Positions 56,570-64,000 of a DNA stretch of 64,000 nt are shown piece by piece. Both the position numbers and the translations under genes were made by a program. The notes under the pieces were generated by a model. The model did no database searches. It worked only from the letters and a program-made list of their open reading frames with translations, and was not told where the DNA came from. How positions within the stretch are numbered: the stretch's first letter is position 1; every line of letters starts with the position of its first letter. Source of the DNA: Podarcis pityusensis (taxonomy: Eukaryota); assembly GCA_964106645.2 (NCBI GenBank), contig CAXKZF020000232.1. One strand, written 5' to 3'.

Positions 56570-57610
56570 ATGAACGATCGACTCACCATCACCGACATGC
56601 GCGAGCTGCTTGAGAAGAAGAAGCAGGGCGCGCAGGTCCGACTCACCGAGGACGGCCAGGGCGTCGAGCTCATCGGCAAGACCATGGACAAGCTCCGCGA
56701 GGAGATCAACGCGGGCATGGAGCCCGTCGTCGCAGAGACGATCGGCAAGATCGTCGCCCGCGACATGGGCAAGCTGGAGAAGGCCGTCCGTCAGGCGGTG
56801 ACCGAGCTGGAGCAGCGCGCCGAGGAGGTGCGCCCCATCGAGGTCAACATCAAGGGCGTCAAGAAGAAGCTCGAAGGCGTTAGGCACGCTAACTTCGACA
56901 AGCTCCTGACCTCGGTGCAGGTCGGCCAGCCCACGCTGCTCGTCGGTCCCGCCGGTACCGGCAAGACGCACTCGGCGGCGCAGATCGCAGACGTGCTCGG
57001 CCTGGAGTTCTACTCGATCTCGGTCGGTGCTCAGACCTCGAAGTCCGACCTCGTGGGCTACATGCACGCGGCGGGTGGCTACGTCTCGACACAGTTCCGC
57101 GAGGCGTACGAGAAGGGCGGCGTCTTCCTGCTCGATGAGGCGGACGCTGGCAACAGCAACGTCCTGATCCTGCTGAACGCGGCTCTGTCGAACGGCTACA
57201 TGGCGTTCCCGGACAAGATGGTCAAGGCGCACGAGGACTTCCGTCTGATCGCGTCGGCCAACACGTTCGGTCACGGTGCGAGCCGTCAGTACGTCGGTCG
57301 CAACCAGCTCGACGCGGCAACGCTCGACCGCTTCACGGTGCTGACGTGGGACATCGACGCTCGCGTCGAGAAGTCGCTCGCTGGTGACCAGACCAAGTGG
57401 TACCAGGTGGTGCTCGCCGTCCGCAAGGAGGCGATCGACAACCTCCAGCTCCGCGTCGTGATCAGCCCGCGTGCCACCAAGCGTGGTGCTGAGCTGCTGG
57501 CGGCAGGCATGGACTTCGACACGGTGCTGGAAATGGCACTCACGGCGAACCTGCCCGGCGACTCGCAGGACGGCCTGCGGGCGCTCGCTCGGACCACCTG
57601 GAACAAGTAG
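56570..57610 (+). CDS. MoxR/CobS-like AAA ATPase
   Basis: GPAGTGKT, LLDEAD, YVGRNQLDAATLDRF, ISPRA. Confidence 0.88.
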   Translation: MNDRLTITDMRELLEKKKQGAQVRLTEDGQGVELIGKTMDKLREEINAGMEPVVAETIGKIVARDMGKLEKAVRQAVTELEQRAEEVRPIEVNIKGVKKKLEGVRHANFDKLLTSVQVGQPTLLVGPAGTGKTHSAAQIADVLGLEFYSISVGAQTSKSDLVGYMHAAGGYVSTQFREAYEKGGVFLLDEADAGNSNVLILLNAALSNGYMAFPDKMVKAHEDFRLIASANTFGHGASRQYVGRNQLDAATLDRFTVLTWDIDARVEKSLAGDQTKWYQVVLAVRKEAIDNLQLRVVISPRATKRGAELLAAGMDFDTVLEMALTANLPGDSQDGLRALARTTWNK

Positions 57611-57984
57611 TCAGGTGTACGCTCCAAGGACAGGGGGACCAGGAAACTGGTCCCCCTCTCCGTCCCCGTGGGTGGGGGCGGCACCGTACCCCCAGCAGTG
57701 GTCGAAAGACTTCCGCATCGTAGCGTACTGGGGTCAGAGACCTGAGATCCAGATTCGTGAGATCACATGGGGCAAGAGGGGTCTAGTGCACTCCGACTCG
57801 CTCGTCCTCAAGAGGTTCGTCGTGCTCGATGGAAGGTGCGGATACTGTTCTGACGAGCACTCAACCGTCGAGGAAGCATACGACTGCGCGCAAGAGGCAG
57901 CGATGCTGGCACTCATCCTCAAGAGGGATGGCTCGAAAGAGAAGCAAGACTTCATTAGGATCGCTAAAGAAAGGGGTCATAGCA

Positions 57985-58848
57985 ATGGCTAAGATCATGG
58001 AGGTTGGCAACAACCGTAAGCTCCACCTTGAGTTCAACTCGGTGGGCGAGGTGTTCCGAGCGATCGACAAGAAGGGCTGGACGCCGCAGAAGAGCCAGTC
58101 GTCAGACGCTCGCGGTCGTGACGGCGGCTTCTACACGTTCGGTTCGCTGGCAGAGGCGACGGACGTGTTCCGCAACCACCCCGAGCGCATCCGCAAGTTC
58201 ATTATGAACGACGTGAAGCTCGTCGCTCCGAACTCTCCGGGTAAGGAGATCGAGTACGACGTGACCGGTGACTTCATCGACATGGATCGGTTCATGGAGG
58301 GCGTGCCCGAGGTCTTCGGCAACGTCACGATGGGCAACCCGCGCAACGTGTTCTGCACGATCAACCTGCTCGACGTGTTCGTCTCGTACACCGACCCGGC
58401 ATACGTGCTGGCGAAGCTCTCTCGTGTCGTCCGTCTCGTGGACTGGCTTGAGAACCAGGGTGTCCGGTGCCAGATCGTCACGGCGGCTGACTCGGAGATC
58501 ATGTTCATGTCGGCAGTCGTGAAGCGGTTCGCTGAGCCGGTGGACCTCAACGAAATCTGCGTGGCCCTCCACCCGGACTGGCTGCGTCGGATCAAGTTCC
58601 TGCTCATGGAGCAGTCGAACACCTGGTCGTACGGCTACGGTCGTGCCGACACGTACGACAACAACATGCTCAAGTACCAGTCGCGTCCCGAGGACGGCAT
58701 CTACGTCTACGTCGGTGGCTACTTCCCGCCGACGACGGAGTTCATGGAGGAGCAGTTCGATCAGATCGAGAAGGACATCGCTGAGATCCTGGCGGCTGGC
58801 ATGACGTTCAACGACAAGCCGCTCGTCGTCCGAGGCGGTCGGTACTAA
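57985..58848 (+). CDS. vWA-like partner of the AAA ATPase
   Basis: YDVTG..D..RF..G.PE, LVDWLE..G, HP.WLRR; near the MoxR-like gene. Confidence 0.6.
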   Translation: MAKIMEVGNNRKLHLEFNSVGEVFRAIDKKGWTPQKSQSSDARGRDGGFYTFGSLAEATDVFRNHPERIRKFIMNDVKLVAPNSPGKEIEYDVTGDFIDMDRFMEGVPEVFGNVTMGNPRNVFCTINLLDVFVSYTDPAYVLAKLSRVVRLVDWLENQGVRCQIVTAADSEIMFMSAVVKRFAEPVDLNEICVALHPDWLRRIKFLLMEQSNTWSYGYGRADTYDNNMLKYQSRPEDGIYVYVGGYFPPTTEFMEEQFDQIEKDIAEILAAGMTFNDKPLVVRGGRY

Positions 58849-58996
58849 TGGCGAACCGGGGCAACACCAAGGCCCAGGTCCAGGCGTACATCCAGGACTT
58901 GATCGACGCCCGCTGCCCCGGTAAGATCGGGTCTGCGGAAGACCTGGCAGAGGCAGTCATGTCCACCATCGACAACGCAATCGGTTAGGAGCCCTA

Positions 58997-59290
58997 ATGA
59001 ACGAAGCACTAGTTGCCGCACTGCGTCCGCACCTCAACGGCTACTACCTGATCGTGGAGGTGCAGGAAGGGCCGGAAGGTAGGGTGTACCGCAGTCGTCC
59101 CGAACTGCACCGCGCACTCAGCACATGTCGAGGCATCATCACGCGAGAGTCCAATTACAGCCAGACTGCCAAGTCTCACTACGCCACCTACTCATGGGAC
59201 GCCGAGGATGAGGGCTGGAAGCTCGAAGATTACGTGCCGCAAGGCACACCCGCCAGTGAGTTCCCCTGGAAGAACAAGAAGCAGAGTTAG
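58997..59290 (+). CDS. hypothetical protein
   Basis: RBS motif. Confidence 0.7.
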   Translation: MNEALVAALRPHLNGYYLIVEVQEGPEGRVYRSRPELHRALSTCRGIITRESNYSQTAKSHYATYSWDAEDEGWKLEDYVPQGTPASEFPWKNKKQS

Positions 59291-59298
59291 GAGTCCTA

Positions 59299-59841
59299 AT
59301 GGTTACCAAGAAGCAGGAGAAGGAAGAGGATCAGTACGTTCTGGCGTTCGATCCGGGCGGCACGACGGGCATGGCACTCGTCCGCTTCAACAGCAAGGAG
59401 GTCGTCCTCTCGGTGCTGGCACAGATCGAGGACGGTGTGCCTGGCTACTACGACAACCTCGTGGGTGTCCCGGCAGGCTACGGCACCAACACCCACCTCG
59501 TGTCCGAGAAGTGGGTGGAGACCGGCGTCAAGGGTGCCGACCACACGCCGCTCGTGATCGAGGGTGTGCAGTACGCGTTCTGGCCTGACCAGATGCAGTA
59601 CCAGACGCCCTCGCAGAAGCACGACATCACCGACGAACTCCTCCAGGAGCTCGGTGTGTGGACGCCGGGTAAGCCGCACCAGATGGACGCGCTCCGTCAC
59701 GCTCTCGTGTGGCTCCGCAACCAGATGCACATGCCCACGCTCAAGATGCTCGGCGGTGAGGATGGCGAGCCTAAGCCGATGGAGAAGGACGGCGAGGCTG
59801 CTGAGGGCATCAGCACTGGCGTCAAGCCCCGAGCCCGGTGA
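59299..59841 (+). CDS. RuvC-like Holliday junction resolvase (may extend to 60211 through indels)
   Basis: LAFDPGGTTGMA, VSE, HQMDALRHA. Confidence 0.75.
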   Translation: MVTKKQEKEEDQYVLAFDPGGTTGMALVRFNSKEVVLSVLAQIEDGVPGYYDNLVGVPAGYGTNTHLVSEKWVETGVKGADHTPLVIEGVQYAFWPDQMQYQTPSQKHDITDELLQELGVWTPGKPHQMDALRHALVWLRNQMHMPTLKMLGGEDGEPKPMEKDGEAAEGISTGVKPRAR

Positions 59842-60210
59842 GGATGAGGACGGCGAGGGTGGCGAGGGCCAGGAGCCCGGTGAGGGTGACCAGCCTGGTG
59901 AGGGTGAGGGCCAGTCCGGCCAGGAGAAGGACGGCACCGGCCAGCAGGGCAAGCCCGAGAACCGCAACGGAGACACCGAGCGTCGCGAGGCACGCAAGGA
60001 CCGCGGTGAGCTGACGGACTTCAAGGCGTTCGCCACGCACTCCAGGCGATCACCGAGGGCACCGACGAGGAGGCAGACGAGGACGGTCTGACCATCGATG
60101 AGCGTGCGGAGCAGGTCTACAAGAAGGAGCGCGGACCTCGACGGTGCGTTCTCTGGCTGGCAGGCTGACCCCGGTGCGACGGTCCACCACTACGAGGAGG
60201 AGGACTTCTG

Positions 60211-60534
60211 ATGGACGACATGGAAGCAGTCGTCGCACTGCTGACCGAGGGCCTGGACATCGCTGATGTTCAGGCCCTCGGGGTCTCCCTCATGGAGAAG
60301 GCAAACCTCGCGATCCTCGAAGACCGAGGCGGAGAACTCCCGAACGGCACCGTTGTGATCGACAAGCCGGGCCACGGGACCAGCAGGCATGGTCTTCGCA
60401 CGTACGTCCGTACCGACCGAGGTTGGCACTCGCCTGACAACCCCGGTGGCTACACCCACTTCGACCTGGACAGTCGCGTGGACAGGGGCACTGCTCGCAT
60501 CCTGTACATCCCGCCGATCAGAAGGGGCCGATGA
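60211..60534 (+). CDS. hypothetical protein
   Basis: GAGGAGG RBS; 3' part also at window 1-201. Confidence 0.65.
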   Translation: MDDMEAVVALLTEGLDIADVQALGVSLMEKANLAILEDRGGELPNGTVVIDKPGHGTSRHGLRTYVRTDRGWHSPDNPGGYTHFDLDSRVDRGTARILYIPPIRRGR

Positions 60535-61613
60535 TGCTCTCCCATGACTACACAGACCTGCTGGAAGCAGCCCGTCCCTCGTTCGGCCCCCGCATCTACG
60601 TCAAGTACGTGGGTGAGTACACCGAGACGCAGACAGCAGTGAGGACCGGCAACCCGACCCACTACTGCTATGAGGACAAGGTGTACAGCTCGATGGGCAC
60701 CGCCCGGAATGCGTGCACCAAGTACCTCAACTACCGCGACGACACGATGGATGTGCACGCATTCTTCTACGTGTGGAACGCAGAGGATGAGTTCTGGCAG
60801 CTCGATTCGTACGTAGCCAAGGGCACCAAGGCTGACGACCTCCCCTGGCGCAAGAAGAAGACCAAGTAGTTAGGAGCCCTAATGCAGGTCAAGCTCACAG
60901 GCGACTCTTGGCCTGCATGGCTCAAGGGTCACACGCTCAAAGTGGTTCACAAGCGAGACCACTGGTATGTCACTAGGGATAACGGCGACCACCGCTTCAA
61001 TGGGTGGAACGTAGAGACCGGAAGCGACCGTTCCGGCTTCGGTGGTGTGTTTGTGGAAGAGGACTCACCCCCGCCGAAGAAGGTCGGCTCCCCCGCCAAG
61101 ATCATCGCGATCAAGTCTGCGATCGGTCGCGGTCTCGAAGACGACACCGACCCCGCAGAAATCCTGAACACCATCCTCGACATCCTCGACAGTTAGGAGC
61201 CCTAATGGGTTACACCACAGCGCAGATCAAGGGGCTCCTGCTCTCGGCAGCGAGCCTCGCCGCAGACCTCCAGGGTCTCGGTGAAGAGGAGACCAAGGCT
61301 CAACTTCTCCAGGTTGAAGCGGAGTTCGATGTGTGGTACGATAGGCTCTCGACCGGTCACCGGATGGAGGACTACTACGGCAACACCGTGGCCCTTGCCA
61401 AGGGTGACAGGATCAAGCTCCTGGGCTATGACTGGGACGACGCGTACCTCAAGGACCTATGCGGTGGGCAAGGCACGATCCACACGATCACGGACTTCGA
61501 TACCGACACGGACCCACTGTTCAAAGACAAGCTAGGCGACCACCGCTACGCATGTCGAGGCGAGAACAACAGCCGAGGCTTTGTCAAGGTGAACGAGGAC
61601 GACGAGGAGGAAG

Positions 61614-62984
61614 ATGAGTGAGCGGCTGACTCCCGACTCAGAACAGGAAGCGGCCATCCAGCGGATGGTCGATGAGCCGACACGGGCGGCTCTGAATGCA
61701 AGTCAGTATGGCACGGGCAAGACACTCGTGACCATTGAGGTAGCGGGTCGGCTTGGCGGTCGGATCAATCTGATCGTCGCCCCGCTGTTCACGAAGTATT
61801 CGTGGGAGACCTCGATCAAGACGCAGTACCCGGACGCTAACGTGCGACACATCAATAGCCTCAAGCGTGGGAAGGAAGCGCTTGAGGCTATGCTCGCAGG
61901 TGAGGCTGGCTGGTACATCATCGGGCGTGAGTACCTGATGTCTCGCTCCGTGGTGGAGCGGGTGCAGAAGTTCTCACCCAACATCGACTTCATGGCGTAC
62001 GATGAGTGCGCGAAGTGGGCCAACCGCAAGTCGGTCGGGTTCAAGAACATGAAGAAGATCAAGCCTCAGTACCGCATGGCGTTGAGCGCCACGCCAGCGG
62101 CCAACAAGTTCGACGGGCTGTACGCCATCACGAAGTGGCTGTGGTCTGATCTCGTGCCGAACTCATACTGGTTGTGGGTCGGGACGTGGTGTGCCACGCA
62201 GGAGGACTACTTCTCTGGCACCTCCGTGGTCGGTGAGAAGGAGCCGGGCAAGTACGTGCAGCAACTGCCGTGCTACATTAGGCTCACTAAAGACTTCGGT
62301 GACCCGATCGAAATGGACATCGAGGTCGAGCTCTCCCCCAAGGAGCGCAAGGTCTACGACCAGTTCGAGAAGCGGTCGATCGTCTGGCTCAAGGACAACC
62401 CGATGGTTGCCAAGTTCCCGATCACCAAGCGCATCAGGCTGAGACAGATGAGCCTCGGTGAGTTGGAGGTCGAGTACCTGGAAGATGGTACAGAGATCGT
62501 TGGCTTCCCCGAGGATATGAAGTCGAGCAAGTACGACGCGCTCGAAGGCATCCTCAGCGAGTACCGAGAGCCCGCTCTGATCTTGACAGACAGCCAGAAG
62601 TACGCTAGAGTGGTAGTCAAGAGGCTGGTGGAAGACGGCTACGCGGCGATGGAGTGGTCGGGTGACGTGCCTGAGAAGGAACGACACGCGATCAAGGATG
62701 CGTTCGTGAACGACACGGGTGTGGACTACATCGTGGCAACCATCCCTGCAATCGGTGAGGGAGTGGACGGACTACAGCATCGTGCACGACTGATGATCTG
62801 GCTGTCCCGGTCGGACAACAACATGCTGAACATGCAGGCGTTCCGACGCCTGTACCGCCGAGGCCAGAAGCACCAGGTTGTGAGCATCGACATCGTTGCT
62901 CGTGACACATACGACAAGGGACAACTGAGTGACCTCATCACGAGGGAGCTTGTGATGAACGATAGCCTGAGAAGGGCTGGTTAG
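61614..62984 (+). CDS. SNF2 helicase (second copy)
   Basis: Identical to 1281..2651. Confidence 0.9.
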   Translation: MSERLTPDSEQEAAIQRMVDEPTRAALNASQYGTGKTLVTIEVAGRLGGRINLIVAPLFTKYSWETSIKTQYPDANVRHINSLKRGKEALEAMLAGEAGWYIIGREYLMSRSVVERVQKFSPNIDFMAYDECAKWANRKSVGFKNMKKIKPQYRMALSATPAANKFDGLYAITKWLWSDLVPNSYWLWVGTWCATQEDYFSGTSVVGEKEPGKYVQQLPCYIRLTKDFGDPIEMDIEVELSPKERKVYDQFEKRSIVWLKDNPMVAKFPITKRIRLRQMSLGELEVEYLEDGTEIVGFPEDMKSSKYDALEGILSEYREPALILTDSQKYARVVVKRLVEDGYAAMEWSGDVPEKERHAIKDAFVNDTGVDYIVATIPAIGEGVDGLQHRARLMIWLSRSDNNMLNMQAFRRLYRRGQKHQVVSIDIVARDTYDKGQLSDLITRELVMNDSLRRAG

Positions 62985-63486
62985 GAGACCTAATGTTCAA
63001 GCAGATCACAGAGGACGCAAAGGGACTGAGGTTCGGACAGGGACCGTGGGGTGAGGTGTTCGACACGGTGCTGACAGCAGTGCTCGTCGGCATCCCCATG
63101 TACCTGGCAGGACACGCCGCGGCGTCGGACTGGAACCCGACGTTCAACTTCATCATGGCGGCTCTGGTCACGGCGATCATGGGTGTCGGTGCGTTCGTTG
63201 GCTGGCACACCACCTTCATGTCGGGCCAGATCGACCAGATCAAGAAGGACACGAAGCGTATGCTGACGCAGATGAGGACGGGACATGGCTTCAAGAGCTG
63301 AGCTCGAAGAGGAATGGCGCGAGTTCCAACTGTGGCAGCGCAACCAGGGACTTGAGTACCCGGACTACCTTGAGTGGCGTGACCTGATCATCGCCCGAGA
63401 GAACATGGCAACACTCAAGTCATTCATCGAAGGGTTCGATGATGAAGACGAGATCAAGGTGAGCGAACTGAGGGAGATCCTTAAGC

Positions 63487-63801
63487 ATGTCTAGCATCTT
63501 CGGGTACATGGACCCAGACGACTTGGGCCGGTACACGAAGCTGATCGACGCGATGGATGGGACAGAGCCTTGCAGCATCGAGCCCGATCTCTTCACAGGA
63601 GATTGGGTTCGAGGTGTAAAGGAAGAGACAGCGCAGGCACTCTGCGCTGATTGTCCCGTCCTTGATCTATGCCGAGACTACGCCGTACAGGCCAAGGAAC
63701 CGTACCATGTGTGGGGCGGAACCACACCAACATCAAGAGGCATCCCGAGAGGATACAGACCGTGGGCAGACCGCTCGAAGACGGACAACTCAAGTACCTA
63801 G
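63487..63801 (+). CDS. whiB: WhiB-family protein (second copy)
   Basis: Identical to 3154..3468. Confidence 0.9.
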   Translation: MSSIFGYMDPDDLGRYTKLIDAMDGTEPCSIEPDLFTGDWVRGVKEETAQALCADCPVLDLCRDYAVQAKEPYHVWGGTTPTSRGIPRGYRPWADRSKTDNSST

Positions 63802-64000
63802 TCACAGACATGCTCAACCATCCGTCTGAGCGAGACAACCAGCGACTTGTGGGGGCCAGCCAGATCGGTAACCCCTGCGACTTCTGCTTGGGCAACTCGA
63901 TGGTCGGGCACGGACAGCGACGCAACAACTACTGGATGGGTGCCCGCATCGGCACCGCGATCCATGCGGCGCTGGAGACTGAGGCTGAGAAGCATGTGGA

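Larger units (their letters stand above)
60334..64000 (+). repeat. repeat of window bases 1-3667 (genome unit length 60,333 bp)
   Basis: Identical ORF translations at an offset of 60333. Confidence 0.95.

Noticed and set aside
1-60333. Lysogeny module
   Set aside because: No integrase, ParAB or clear immunity repressor recognised, so the palindromes cannot simply be called stoperators.

Overview
The window holds a complete ~60.3-kb GC-rich siphovirus-type actinobacteriophage genome; bases 60334-64000 repeat bases 1-3667. The host is probably in the Micrococcales (inferred, not established), and no integrase was seen. Replication genes lie on the + strand at ~1.3-11.4 kb: SNF2 helicase, WhiB, Cas4-like exonuclease, Sak4-like ATPase, SSB, primase-helicase and a DNA polymerase I split into two ORFs. 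About 25 tRNA or tRNA-like genes covering all 20 amino acids lie at 11.7-15.2 kb, plus Trp at 17.1 kb. Lysis and virion genes are on the - strand (17.3-42.8 kb), followed by a probable termini/origin region (42.9-46.5 kb) and many small early genes (46.5-60.3 kb). Main discovery: the tRNA array is split into two blocks, each preceded by a promoter, a leaderless 21-23 codon peptide and an intrinsic terminator with an alternative antiterminator pairing. The codons of each leader match the tRNAs of its own block (H,Y,E,M,A,L,P,F,D versus N,T,V,G,K,Q,S,I,R). This looks like a tRNA-depletion-sensing attenuation system controlling phage tRNA supply. Also notable: ~50 copies of the palindrome TTAG-N5-CTAA across the genome (often fused to RBSs), D-arm-aberrant Arg tRNAs, and unexplained structured RNAs between the tRNAs. 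All analysis is by eye; no searches or folding programs were run.
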